From contig NIVC01000020.1 of NCBI GenBank assembly GCA_002269645.1, positions 1,116,001 through 1,180,000 on the forward strand: a stretch of DNA of 64,000 nt. The letters are read 5' to 3'. The notes under the pieces were generated by a model. That model saw only the letters and a list, made by a program, of their open reading frames with translations, searched no databases and was not told the DNA's origin. The DNA is from Macrostomum lignano. Taxonomy: Eukaryota. Positions 23,201-37,596 of the stretch are shown one piece after another (position 1 is the first letter of the stretch; every line of letters starts with the position of its first letter). A program made the translations under genes and the position numbers.

Positions 23201-26200
23201 CCTGGTTGCGCGTGGCCGAGTAGTGCGGGTTGAGCGGCAGGAACAGGAGTTCAAGGCCCGCGACAGCCTCCGCGCCCAGGCGGTCACGCAAGACGCGGTT
23301 GCTGTCGCGCCGGTCCAGCTCGTCGTAGGCGTCGCGGAGCAGCTCCTGGGGTGAGGCGGTTGGGGAGGTTCGGCTGACTGAGAATCTGGGAGGCTGACTG
23401 CTCAGCCTGAGGATCTGGGAGGCTGGCTGCTCAGCCTGAGGATCTGGGAGGCTGGCTGCTCAGCCTGAGGATCTGGGAGGCTGGCTGCTCAACCTGAGGA
23501 TCTGGGAGGCTGGCTACTCAACCTGAGGATCTGAGAGGCTGGCTGCTCAACCTGAGGATCTGGGAGGCTGGCTGCTCAGCCTGAGGATCTGGGAGGCTGG
23601 CTGCTCAGTCTGAGGATCTGGGAGGCTGACTGCTCTGCATAAGGATCTGCGAGGCTGGCTGCTCAGCCTGAAGATCTGGGAGGCTGGCTGCTCAGCCTGA
23701 GGATCTGGGAGGCTGGCTGCTCAGCCTAAGAATCTGGGAGGCTGGCTGCTCAGCCTGAGGATCTGGGAGGCTGGCTGCTCAGCCTGAGGATCTGGGAGGC
23801 TGGCTGCTCAGCCTGAGGATCTGGGAGGCTGGCTGCTCAGCCTGAGGATCTAGGAGGCTGGCTGCTCAACCTGAGGATCTGGGAGGCTGGCTGCTCAGCC
23901 TGAGGATCTGGAGGCTGGCTGCTCAGCCTGAGAACCTGGGCGGGACTCCTCCATTTACAGAGCTCGCCTCCCAAACCTGGAACGCAGAGGCCGGCAGAGC
24001 GGCCAGTCGCAGCCGGGCGTCGCCCCCGTCGATGCCGCCAACGCTGTCCGCAGCGGAGCCGGACTTGGGCGGCAGCAGGAAGTGGCCACCGGGCGAGTCG
24101 GCGGTCCGATGGTCAGGTACGCGGGCGCAGAGGAAGTCGGCAAAACGGTCGGACAGTTCGTAGCGGGCCTCCACCAGCAGCAGCGTCAGCTCGGGCAGCT
24201 GCGGTGGCGCCTCGGCCAAATCCAGCGCGGTGCGGCCGGCTCTGTCCCGCAGCTCCGGGTCGGCGCCGAACACCAGCAGCAGCTCCGCTTGCAGCGGCTG
24301 CCGCTCCTGGGCGGCCACGTGCAGCGCGGAGCTGCCCTTCTCCGGGTGCAGGTAGTTCGGGTCGGCGCCACGGGCCAGCAGGCGGAACGAGATCTCCACG
24401 TTGGGCGTCCTGACGCTGGCGTGCAGCTGCTGGCTGGCGTCGGAGGCCTCGGCAGCGGCCTCCTTGGCGGAGTAACGCTTGCAGAAGGCCTGCTTCTCGT
24501 ACTTGCGCTTGATGAAGTCGGCCTTGGTGGGGCTGCGGAATCGGCGCTGTGTCCGTTAGAATTTCTAGCTTTTAAATGGAATTTAGAGGGAGCAACTCAC
24601 TGCACGGGATCGCCAGGGCGGGGCTTCCGCACGCTGTCCTTGCCGCGCTGCTTCTCCAAGATTGAATACTCCCAGAACTTGTTGGACCCGCCAGCCACAA
24701 CCTGCCTGACCATCTGGAAATGCAAATGGCGTTTTTAAGCGCAATGGGAGCTTGAGTGAGTGGTTGAGGCATTGGAGGGACACGGGTGCAGTGCATTGGA
24801 GGGACACCAGGGGGGCAGTGCATTGGAGGGACACGGGTGCAGTGCATTGGGGGACACGGGTGCAGTGCATTGGAGGGACACGGGTGCAGTGCATTAGGGG
24901 ACACAGGGGTGCAGTGCATTGGGGGACACGGGTGCAGTGCATTGGGGGACACAGGGGTGCAGTGCATTGGGGGACACGGGTGCAGTGCATTGGGGGACAC
25001 AGGGGTGCAGTGCATTGGAGGGACACAGGGGTGGCAGCAGTCAGCACACATACTGGCACAAGGATAAGCAAGCCTTTTTACCTTGATTTGCGTGTCCCGC
25101 CACCTGTGGTGGGTGAGCGACTTCACCTGTGACACATGGCGGCCCAGGCTGCGGTGCACAGAGCTGCAGTCATTGCACAGCAACACGCAGCAATTCAGCG
25201 ATGCCCAGGATGGACCTGAGATATTAGTGATGATGGACAGTTCAGTCAAATGTAAAGAAAAAAATAATAATCCTCATTGACAACTTTTAAGGTTGTTTAT
25301 ACCCTTAACAATGTGGAAGGCATTCTTGTTCTTATGTGAAAAAATGAACTTTCAATGCATTTTAAATCTGGTGCATTTCGTATTTTCATATTTTTGTTAT
25401 AATTATAAATGAACCAAAAATAGTATAAATAGACCAAATTTTAGCCAGAAGACCAACTTTTGAAGCCTTAACTTCTCCTTGACTATAGCTTCTAGTTAAT
25501 AAGAAAGCACTGTATTCCAAATAAATCTTGAGAATCTTTTTTGACTTGGTTGATATATTTTAATAAAGGAAGTAAAAGAAACATACCGTATATATTACTA
25601 CTAAGTAGAATCATAAGGATCAGAAGGAAATCAGAAGGAAATGAAGTAGATCTTGGAGAATACCTATAGAATACCAGAGGCCATGACCCTCTAATCATTG
25701 GAATGCCTAGGACTGGAAGAAATATACATGCAGTACATATAAATAGTGACAATAATAATTATTCAGCTTTCCCATAGTGGTGCGGGCTATTTGCTCAAGG
25801 TTTTTTAAGTGAAAGCACAAGCCTAAACAATGTACTTGTAATCTCTGCTCATTTACTTTGAAAATTCTGCCCATAATATGCCCCTTGGACTGTACAGTAA
25901 ACATTTGTTTGTTTATCTCTTACATCAATACAAATAATAGAAAAGTCATTGATATAAGTTACAGTTATAGACAATAGGCTATTTTTTAATTATAGCTTTC
26001 ATTTAAAACTAGGATGTCACATAAGTATTAAGACTGATATTTCCTTCTCCAAAATTCATTCCAGGGTCCCTACAGAAGTTTTTTCTAGGGAATCAGATTC
26101 CTTAATTTATATTACTATACAAAATTAGAGCAAAGTAATGTTTTGGCAAAGTTTTGTAATGTTGTGGCAAAATTATTTTTTTGAGAACTTTTTTCTTTCA

Positions 26201-28736
26201 AAGACATATTGCTTTGTATTTTAATAATTTCTGAACTCACAATAAGAGAATTTTCTACTACCCAATGACAATTTGGACTACTTTGTTGAAATCACAATTT
26301 TTTATTTATTAGATAAAGCTGTTTCCTATTTGTTACTTTAACTTTTCTTTTGCTTCTTATTAGTTACTTTTAAGGTAGGAGCAGTTTTCAAAATAGACAG
26401 CTATGTGCCAGTACGAGGGCTGCTTAATAAGTTCGCGGAAAACCAAACTTATCTTCAAGCGAATCAAACAAAATTTTATGAACTTTTTCCTTCAGATATT
26501 GGCACCTTTCACACAAATTTTCAGCCAGTTTGGCCAAAATGTTGCGACGCAGTGGCCGAGGAAGTGATGAAACCCCCGCTCCAGTGCTGCGCCTGACTGA
26601 GCGTGACAGGCGAGTCGCAATTCTGGTCCAATTCCGGCTTGGCCTGTCTGCCTCCGAATGCTTGCAGACGCTTCAAAAGGCCCTTGAGAGTGAAGCCCCA
26701 TCCCAGACGATGGTGTACAAGTGGTTCAGTCGATTCCGCTCTGGCTGTCTAGAGCTGGACGATGATGAACGTGAAGGCCATCCAAATTCGTCCATCTTGG
26801 ACACAACTGTGGCCAGTGTCCGAAAGCTGCTCGATGCAGACCGCCGAGTGACGATTTGGGAAATCGAAAAACATGTCGGGATTTCGGATTCAAGCGTCAT
26901 TACTATCTTGCACGATCACCTCGGCATGAGGAAGGTGTCAGCTCGCTGGGTCCCTCATCAACTGAAGCCGGCTCAGATGCAGGCCCGCGTGGATTTTGCG
27001 AACTTCATGCTCGACAAGTTCGACGCAGGCGCCTCAAATTTGGTGGACGGCATCCTCACAGGTGATGAAACGTGGGTGTACTTTTATGATCCCGAGACAA
27101 AAGTACAGAGCAAGCAGTGGGTCGCCTTTGAGGAGGATTCGCCCTTGAAATTTCGTCGCGAGCGAAGCGTCGGCAAAGTGATGGCTGCGGTGTTTTTCCG
27201 TCGGTGCGGAATTCTGCCGCCCGTTCTGCTCGAGGAGGGAGCCACAGTGACTGGCAGCTGGTACTCCAGTGTCTGCCTGCCGCAGGTGCTGGAATTCCTG
27301 CGTCGAGAGCGGCCAAAGACCAAAGATCGCGGCATTTTCCTGCACCACGACAACGCGCCCGCTCACAGAGCCAGTGTCACGCAGCAGTTCTTGGCATCAA
27401 CTGAGCTGACTCTGCTGCCGCATCCGGCCTACTCGCCCGACCTCGCGCCTGCAGACTTCTTTCTCTTTCCGAAGATCAAGAAAAATCTGAAGGGGAAGCA
27501 CTTCGACACTCGTGAGGAGCTGGAACAGGCATTGAATGTGGAGCTGGAAGCCGTCACAAAGGTGGAATTGAGGGACTGCTTTGCGGCGTGGTTTCATCGG
27601 ATGAAGAAATGTGTTGATCTGGCTGGGGACTATGTTGAGAAGTGCCATTAGGTTGGGCTAAGTGTGTGTAAAATTTCACGACTGTGCGATAACTATAAGT
27701 ATGTTTTTCCGCAAACTTATTAAGCAGCCCTCGTACTGCAGTTGCCAAGTACAAGTTAGCAATTTGTCTATATTTGAATTTGTACTGTTTACTAGAGGTT
27801 GGACGGGATTGAAATCTTCGGGCAGGATTGGGATTGGGAATAATTTTTTTCTCGGGATTGGGATTGGGATTTGGGAATTGGGATCAGGTCTTTTAGTGTA
27901 TTGTCCATGTAAAGTTAAACAAAATTGAGAAAAGATTGTTAAGATCAAGAAGTAAAACATAACAAAATTGATATAAAGTTTTGTAACCAACAAAGTAAAT
28001 AATATAACGAATACAAGTTAAAGCAAAATACCTTCAAGTAATCACTAATTCTATAAATTATTAATCGAAAGACCTGTTCCTGAATCTTGAGTTTTTTATG
28101 GTCGGGATTTCTGGTCCCGCGGGAATTCAATTTTCCTCGGGATCCCATGCGACCTCTACTGTTTATTTTATCTTGTCTTTTGGTCTTCTAGTTAAGGTCT
28201 TTAGAATAGGTTGTATTGAAATTATGATCTCTTAAAATTTTAAGGCTAACTAAATATACTAAAAACACTATTTGATTTATTATTAAAAGTTTGATTTATT
28301 TAAAACAATTTTAAGGTGATTGTCATTTGACATTTCAATTAAAATTATCATATAATGAATTGCTAAAATACCAATATAATGCACTTAAATATAATCAACA
28401 AAAAATAATAAGCTCAGATAATTAAGACCTCAAGATTGGATTACTTGCTCTAAAATTTCACATAATTAATAGATTATATTACACTACAACAATATAATAG
28501 TTATAACTTATATGTTATTATTATCAAAACAACAAAAAAATTTAATGTACCATTTAAAAATATTTAAATTAAACCAGATAAGCAGTATATATTTGATGCT
28601 TAGCTCATAAATTTAGACACATACATACAATGAATTACACAACAGCAATTGGATTGTAGAGAAAATAGTTTGACTTACTTAAACTACCACAATCTGCACA
28701 TTCATCTTCCAATTGATTTTGTCCAGAGATGCTCAT
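20262..28736 (-). CDS. GIT1/2: GIT-family ARF GTPase-activating protein (ArfGAP, ankyrin, Spa2-homology, coiled coil, paxillin-binding C-terminus), 8 exons
   Basis: Exons 28679-28736 (MSISGQNQLEDECADCG), 25082-25215 (WASLN...CNDCSSVHRSLGRHVSQVK), 24601-24713, 23977-24532 (ankyrin GADPNYLHPEKG), 22884-23345 (TRNQGRQKL), 22284-22571, 22082-22186, 21152-21982, 20262-20438 (TQRVIQCCFDIAKAAKALV); the list gives nine segments, all GT-AG and phase-consistent, so the exon count is 9. Confidence 0.93.
20452..21037. repeat. 45-bp minisatellite, ~13 copies, in the last GIT intron
   Basis: Unit GATTCAGACAGGTATTAATGAGGGGGAATTAGTTGCTGGGGCGAG. Confidence 0.97.
23380..23934. repeat. 29-bp minisatellite in a GIT intron
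   Basis: Same unit as 19358-19812. Confidence 0.97.
24776..25028. repeat. 23-25-bp minisatellite in a GIT intron
   Basis: Unit GGGACAC(AG)GGGTGCAGTGCATTGG. Confidence 0.92.
26414..27733 (+). mobile_element. Full-length mariner transposon, 1320 bp, irritans/Hsmar2-like TIR
   Basis: 29-bp TIR CGAGGGCTGCTTAATAAGTT(C/T)GCGGAAAA with 1 mismatch; TA duplicated at 26412-26413 and 27734-27735; encloses a transposase ORF. Confidence 0.97.
26539..27651 (+). CDS. Mariner D,D34D transposase, intact, 370 aa
   Basis: WVPHQL, TGDETW, HHDNAPAH and YSPDLAPADF motifs; 34 residues counted between the 2nd and 3rd Asp; no stops or frameshifts. Confidence 0.97.
   Translation: MLRRSGRGSDETPAPVLRLTERDRRVAILVQFRLGLSASECLQTLQKALESEAPSQTMVYKWFSRFRSGCLELDDDEREGHPNSSILDTTVASVRKLLDADRRVTIWEIEKHVGISDSSVITILHDHLGMRKVSARWVPHQLKPAQMQARVDFANFMLDKFDAGASNLVDGILTGDETWVYFYDPETKVQSKQWVAFEEDSPLKFRRERSVGKVMAAVFFRRCGILPPVLLEEGATVTGSWYSSVCLPQVLEFLRRERPKTKDRGIFLHHDNAPAHRASVTQQFLASTELTLLPHPAYSPDLAPADFFLFPKIKKNLKGKHFDTREELEQALNVELEAVTKVELRDCFAAWFHRMKKCVDLAGDYVEKCH
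27793..28158. mobile_element. 366-bp hAT-like MITE
   Basis: Imperfect TIR TAGAGGTTGGACGGGAT / ATCCCATGCGACCTCTA; 8-bp flanks CTGTTTAC and CTGTTTAT; internal GGGATT repeats. Confidence 0.75.
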
Positions 28737-30980
28737 TTTGATTAAGTATCAATCACGGCTAAAATAGTCGTGCTAAACAAAAAACTAGTGGCCTAGGACG
28801 AGTAGATAGTCAAATTATAGTCAAATATATTTTTATAGTCAAATATTATTTGGTTGATAATCAAATTATTATCAACATACATAGTTCTAACACACAGGGT
28901 TTAATATCATATCATTACCTACAGTTACAGTTATAAATGAGATTTGATTAGTTCAACACCAAGATAAATTAAAAACTAAAAGTTCAATTCAAGCTAAACC
29001 CTGAGGCGTCGACGATTTCGATAGATATAAAGAAAAATAACACAAAGCTTAAGTGAATAAAAACCCATGCGTTCTAAGAAAGTGAGTCATATCTTGATGA
29101 CTTGAATTTTGATAACCCGTAAGCTACTATGTAGTATAACACAAAGAAACACTGAATCAGCCCAAAGTCTTTTTAGACCCTAAAATTGTGTTGAATTTAG
29201 GATATTTATTTGTAACGGTATATTTATTCAATTATTCTATACGGCTGTGGATCTGAGTTTTTCAGGGCATAATACGTATAGCTTAACTCTGCTAATTTAT
29301 TTCTTAAATAATGCTATCAATGCGTATGCTTGGCTTAAAAAATTATGGGACCAATTGTAATTGTCTTCTCCACAAAACCTTTTGTTTTACAGGGATCTTT
29401 AAAGCTTTCAGTCTGCTTTCAATAAAAATACTAAGGACTACTCCCCTAGTCCTTAATTGTTACCAACATTTTTACTCAAAGCCTTAGTGCTTTTAGGACG
29501 GGAGACTCGTTTCTTAGAAAACATTTTGGGCCTGATCATAAGAGAAAAATATGCACTGCGAAGACGAGAAATTTTCAAGGCAAGGTGGTCGTGGAGTTGG
29601 CTTGTGTCATATAGTTATACCGTGATGGATTTTTGATTCAAAATAAAATAATTATGGCATTTAGCCAAAAAAATCGATCTGCTTTTTGGGTAAATGATAA
29701 TTTTCTCGGGGTCCCGGCATTTGGGTTTAAAAGTTGTATCATTATTATTATTATCAATTTATGCCATGTGGTTTACTTTTCAGCTAGGCTTTGGAATGGA
29801 AGGCTTAACGCTCGTTCACACCGTCATCAAATGAGGCCACTTTTCGCGTGATCAAGTGGCTTCTGTAGATTTTTTTGTCGCTTTGTTTATCGGTCGTGTG
29901 AGTTGATGGCTCATTTGATGGCGGTTTGAATGCAGATAGCATTTAATTATCTACAAGTGATTCTTATTGTTTATGTCAGGGCGCTTCTTCGGCCATTGTA
30001 TAACATGTGAGGAAGAATTAACCAAAACTGTTGCTTTTGCATTATTGTTGAATATAATTAAAAGAGCAGACACCACGAGAAGTGGATTATACATAGCATT
30101 CGATTGATTGACGGCGGAAAATATCAGATCAGACCGTGAAAATTGAAAGGACAGAAGAAACTTCCAAGTGTTTAGAAACATGTTTCAATATTTTTCGCTC
30201 ATCGAGTCATCGCTTGTTGTATGCGAAATGAATAGATCAGGATACGGTTATGAAGTGCTTCTGAAGAATGACCATACAGGACATCCGTTAAAACATTCCA
30301 AATAATATAGGGACGAAGCAGAAAACCTCAGACCGTTACAGAAAGCGGTCGGATTTAGGCAAGAAGCGAGTGTGCTAAGTGTGTCTGAATCATCTTATTG
30401 AAAGACATTTTACCAGGCGCACAGCATCGCAGTCGCGCAAGCCGTGCGAATTCCACAGAAGCGCCTTTTGGCTACATCTGTCTGAAATCTATACCTTTGC
30501 CAGATAATTCTGCAAGCGACTCGGCTGAACACATTGCACGCTGCATGAGTCACGGCAAGCTGCCGAAAGATCTGTATTAGCGATGACGATTCGCTTCGCA
30601 AAAGCTTCCGCTGCGAATTTGTGTAGTGGAAGCTATCAGCTATCAGCAATGCTGCATGGAGTGGGTGGGCACGGGTGAGCCACTGCTGCAGAGTGTTATA
30701 CATGCATAAAATTGGATTCCGTTACACACCGCTCTAGGCAGCTTTTATTCGGTACTTGAGGGCCTGAATTAGCCTAAGCTCCTAACAGCCAACTATCTGA
30801 GCCAGGTGCTCAGCGATCCTCAATTCTAGAGAAGTTTTCTGCTCGCGACACCTTCAATACCCTCCGCTGGGAGTTCCTTCGCTGTCTGCGAGGAGACAGA
30901 AGATTCTCAGCGCGACGCGATCGACAGCTGCTGACCTGTACTCTGGACGTCTGTCCACTGGCTCCGGCTCTCAAAGTCTC

Positions 30981-30987
30981 TATAAAA
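30981..30987 (+). promoter_or_regulatory. TATA box of beta-tubulin
   Basis: TATAAAA about 100 bp upstream of ATG 31082. Confidence 0.5.
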
Positions 30988-31081
30988 ACTCCGAGTACTC
31001 CACTCAGGCCAAGCACTTGGCGGGGCAGCTCAGCTAACTGTAAAACCCAATAGCTAGTTGGTGAGCTTCAGGCAGAAAGCC

Positions 31082-32761
<1,680 letters not shown>

Positions 32762-33404
32762 TGACGGTCGCAGCTTTACTTCAAGTTTTATTTGCTTCTG
32801 ATGGTGTCAGTGGTTTCTATAAGGAAACGGTCGCCATACCGTTTCCCATGCGTTTTGATTAACAAATTCTCGATATAGTACTTCGGCCACCTGCTCAATA
32901 GCTGCCCTCCCTGATATCCGTATGGCCTCCAGCTTGTGGCAAGGAGTCCGGTATAAACTGAAGAGCTTTTTGAAAATCCTGCCCGTGCTGTACCTTTTTG
33001 GTTTCTGGCATCTGTGAGTGACATTCCTCTGTCCTACAATGCTGTCCCTTCGAGTCTTTTACGAAATCCAGTAAGCCTCCTCCCCCCCCCCCAATGTTGG
33101 CGCTTTTGATTTGCCCTGCTTCTGAAGCGTAGGCGCTGTCGAGCTGTCGGATGCGGCATCCCCTCACTCGCTTTGTTTGGGTTGACTTTGTCCGTTTCTG
33201 CTTCTAAATTAATTTAAAGTTGGGGATTATCCACAGTCTTCAATAAATTTCAATCTGCTTCGAGACTTTATTTAGCGTTCCATTCAGTTCATCTTCACGA
33301 CGCTCCTGTGTGTCGGTGCATCGATGCGTCTCTGCGACAGGTCGGATGGGCAGTTTTCTGGTTCAACTCATTCATTTGACGGCCTTCAGCTGTTGCAAGA
33401 GATG

Positions 33405-34742
33405 CCTGCAAGCTGTCTTGGTTGCAAGATGTGTCTTGGTTGCAAGATGTGTCTTGGTTGCAAGCTGTCTTGGTTGCAAGCTGTGTGTTGGTTGCAAGAT
33501 GTGTCTTGGTTGCAAGATGTGTCTTGGTTGCAAGCTGTGTGTTGGTTGCAAGATGTCTTGGTTGCAAGATGTGTCTTGGTTGCAAGCTGTGTCTTGGTAG
33601 CAAGCTGTGTCTTGGTTGCAAGATGTGTCTTGGTTGCAAGCTGTCTTGGTTGCAAGATGTGTCTTGGTTGCAAGCTGTGTGTTGGTTGCAAGATGTCTTG
33701 GTTGCAAGATGTGTCTTGGTTGCAAGATGTGTCTTGGTTGCAAGCTGTGTGTTGGTTGCAAGATGTCTTGGTTGCAAGATGTGTCTTGGTTGCAAGCTGT
33801 GTCTTGGTAGCAAGCTGTGTCTTGGTTGCAAGCTGTGTCTTGGTAGCAAGCTGTGTCTTGGTTGCAAGCTGTGTGTTGGTTGCAAGCTGTGTGTTGGTTG
33901 CAAGCTGTGTGTTGGTTGCAAGCTGTCTTGGTTGCAAGATGTGTCTTGGTTGAAAGATGTGTCTTGGTTGCAAGATGTGTCTTGGTTGCAAGATGTGTCT
34001 TGGTTGCAAGCTGTGTGTTGGTTGCAAGCTGTGTCTTGGTTGCAAGCTGTGTCTTGGTTGCAAGCTGTGTGTTGGTTGCAAGATGTGTCTTGGTTGCAAG
34101 CTGTGTGTTGGTTGCAAGCTGTGTGTTGGTTGCAAGCTGTGTGTTGGTTGCAAGCTGTCTTGGTTACAAGATGTGTCTTGGTTGCAAGATGTGTCTTGGT
34201 TGCAAGATGTGTGTTGGTTGCAAGCTGTGTGTTGGTTGCAAGCTGTGTCTTGGTTGCAAGCTGTGTCTTGGTTACAAGATGTGTCTTGGTTGCAAGCTGT
34301 GTGTTGGTTGCAAGCTATGTGTTGGTTGCAAGCTGTGTCTTGGTTGCAAGATGTGTCTTGGTTACAAGATGTGTCTTGGTTGCAAGATGTGTCTTGGTTG
34401 CAAGATGTGTCTTGGTTGCAAGCTGTGTCTTTGCAAGCTATGTCTTGGTTACAAGCTGTGTCTTGGTTACAAGATGTGTCTTGGTTACAAGATGTGTCTT
34501 GGTTGCAAGCTATGTGTTGGTTGCAAGCTGTGTGTTGGTTGCAAGCTATGTCTTGGTTACAAGCTGTGTCTTGGTTACAAGCTGTGTCTTGGTTGCAAGC
34601 TGTGTCTTGGTTGCAAGCTGTGTGTTGGTTGCAAGCTGTGTCTTGGTTGCAAGCTGTGTGTTGGTTGCAAGCTGTGTCTTGGTTGCAAGCTGTGTCTTGG
34701 TTACAAGATGTGTCTTGGTTGCAAGCTGTGTCTTGGTTGCAC
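33405..34742. repeat. 16-18-bp minisatellite
   Basis: Unit GTTGCAAG(A/C)TGTGT(C/G)TTG, with 16-bp variants. Confidence 0.97.
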
Positions 34743-36422
34743 AAATTCACACATACTAAAAAGCTCACAGCACCAGCACAGCCGTCATCGAAGGCACATG
34801 AGCAAGTGTAAATTTGCAAGCTGTCAAGAAACGGAGAATTCCGCTGATAAGTTATTCTTGAAAGATGCTGAGACTCACGATGGCTCTGATTTTCACAAAA
34901 ACAAAGTAAAATACTGATTGGAGCGCCTCACCCTTGATGTTGCTGGCAGGTACGAGCTAGCTCGGCTCGCAACGTTAAATAACTAAATATTTTTGTCATT
35001 CCTCTGCCAAAAAGTATAATTTCCAATTAAATTTCAATTTATTATCTATTTCAAAAAGGACAAACCCATTTTGTATATTGCTGACTTAAGAGCTCAAATA
35101 AATTATAGCGGAGTTGATAATGCGAGTACTCAGTTTAATGCACTTTTCCAGGCTGACAAAATTCTTTTCAGGTAAACAATGAATGAAATTTTGTCGCAAA
35201 TTTTCCATAGTCGATTGATCCATTGGTTATAGTCAAACGGGCACCAAATTAGTGTTCAGTTCGGTGAGTCAGTGCATTTTTGTAAAAAAAATGGTGGTAG
35301 CAAACGGTATCAGCTCATTGAGCGCATCTTCATGTATTGCATACGACATCCTGCCTCTCGACTGCTCGGTCTTGTGAAGGTGGAATAGGGCTGTGAGTGA
35401 AGTAGCATGGAGAAGCGGTAATCTGTGTTTGGCGTTCTCCATGACTGAAGGAACACTATGGATTAACACTAAGGACCGAGACTCAACGAAAACTTCACGT
35501 GGCAAGATTCCACCAGTTCCTCAATGAGAAGGGGCTCTGCCAGGAGTTTGAGCTGTACCGGATCGATTCCTAAACGATTATCTGAGGCTTTTCTATTCGT
35601 CTCTTCGAAAGTAGGGTAAAACATACTACGCACTGAAGTTTCTCATCTGTTTTCGAGTGGCCATTCACCGGCACCTGGAATCCCCGTCCGTAAATCGCCA
35701 GGTGAACATCATTACCGGAGAATCATTACCGTAGGAGCAAAGTTACTCCTTCGTTGCTTTTGTTGTTTCTAGTTTTCATGGTTCGATTCTTTTCTATAGC
35801 CAAATGCTTCCGTTAATTTTCCAGGCAACAATTTAAAACCACCGGCAAGCAACTGGGTTGTTGCCGAAAGTCTTACACTGCCGAAAACCATAGACCAAAG
35901 GGTACAATGCAAAGAATCAGCGGTCGCAGCACTTGACAACGAATTGTCTATGGCTCGCGCCGGAGACAACCGTTGTCACGCACTGGGACCGCTGATTGTA
36001 ACACTACAAGAGCAACTTCCTTCTCGGCTGCTTATCCTTGTATTGCTACTATTCTATGAAATCAAAAGTCAATCTCACTCCCCGATCTTCGGATTTCCAC
36101 ACACTGACTCGGCAGCGAGTTAAATCCTACGGGGGATTATTTTTAACTTTCATCAGCCAAATTGACCATGGATTATTTCAGATGAGCAATCCATAGTATT
36201 CTTTCATCCCTGGGCGTTCTCGAACTGGTTGCCTATGGCAGCTGTATCTATTATAAGTCCACGAAGCCTCCCACTCAGCAGTTTGCGATTGCCGCTGATT
36301 GGCTGCCCGATGACACTGGGCTCCGCTGTGCTGCTTCTAAAGCTGATCTGAGCCTCTCCTGGCTGCTGCCTGCTCGACTCTCATCACCTGCCGCTGCTCC
36401 CTCTGGCGCTCTGACACTGCAG

Positions 36423-37596
36423 ATGCTGCGACTCCTCTCACTCTTCGCTGTCGCCCTCGCGCTGCTGGCGGCCCAGGCCTCGGTGTCGGCCTCCCCAGTC
36501 GGCAAGCGCTTTCTGTTCTGGCCCTGCCTCGGCTGGGGCGCCGGCTGCCAGCAGGAGGAGGCGGACGCGACGGTGCCGCACAAGGCTGGCGGTGGGCATC
36601 GACAGAGCGTCTTCTTCCGCAGCAGCTGGTACCCGGGAGTGAAGCGAGGTCGTGGAGGTAATTTTGATAACTCACTTTCTATGAATTTCGATCAATTTTT
36701 TCTGCTTGGCAGACAAAAGCCATCAATAAGCAGAGTGAGCTTTGTGGCCGTAGATCCCCATCAGGCTGTCCTGTGAGAGCTTGCGAATTTCCAATTTAGA
36801 AGGCCTATCACTTCTGAAGAGGATCGGCTCTACAGCGCTTCGTAAAAAATCCCTTAAAAATCAATAAATTCATGCTTGATGAGCTCATCTGCCGATGCTT
36901 ATCCTGAACAGCAGTTGCCCCTGATTCCAGCCCCTATATATCCTGATATGAGCACTTACACTCTTATCATAAAGTGGTTGCAAGCACACTAATTGAATCC
37001 ACCTGTTAACGGATTCAAAATTGAGTGAGAAGTGTTTTTACCAGCAAACTGTTAAAACCCATATTATCAAATGCTGCTGAGTGGAATTAATTTGCTTCCT
37101 TGGCAGATCTAGTGCATAGGAACCATTAGTGATTAGAATTTTGCTCGTCTATTTAGCGAAAATTTCAGTCAGTCAGTCAGTCAGTCAGTCAGTCAGTCAG
37201 TCAGTCAGTCAGTCAGTCAGTCAGCCAGTCAGTCAGTCAGTCAGTCAGTCAGTCAGTCAGTCAGTCAGTCAGTCAGTCAGTCAGTCAGTCAGTCAGTCAG
37301 TCAGTCAGTCAGTCAGTCAGTCAGTCAGTCAGTCAGTCAGTCAGTCAGTCAGTCAGTCAGTCAGTCAGTCAGTCAGTCAGTCAGTCAGTCAGTCAGTCAG
37401 TCAGTCAGTCAGTCAGTCAGTCAGTCAGTCAGTCAGTCAGTCAGTCAGTCAGTCAGTCAGTCAGTCAGTCAGGCAGTCAGTCAGTCAGTCAGTCAGTCAG
37501 TCAGTCAGTCAGTCAGTCAGTCAGTCAGTCAGTCAGTCAATTTTACTTGCTTCATTTGCAGCTAGGTTTCGCGCTGATAGGAGGAAGACCGACTGA
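36423..37596 (+). CDS. Candidate neuropeptide or secreted-peptide prohormone
   Basis: TATAAG at 36252. ATG followed by a ~23-aa signal peptide, then GKR, FLFWPCLGWGAGC...SVFFRSSWYPGV and KR. Probable donor after 36657 and a short last exon 37562-37596. If unspliced the ORF ends at 36776. Confidence 0.65.
37166..37538. repeat. (TCAG)n microsatellite, ~93 units
   Basis: Directly visible. Confidence 0.99.

Noticed and set aside
25038-25052. CADC motif read as the GIT zinc-finger start
   Set aside because: It lies in intron 2, downstream of the ArfGAP exon; the phase-compatible first exon is at 28679-28736
33295-34917. Cys-rich CNQDTS / CLGCKL repeat ORFs resembling metal-binding or antifreeze proteins
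   Set aside because: 16-bp unit variants shift the frame repeatedly, ORFs occur on both strands, and there is no signal peptide or splice context
35270-36110. Short protein-like frames between tubulin and the prohormone
   Set aside because: Interrupted by stops, no recognisable domain, no consistent splice phase
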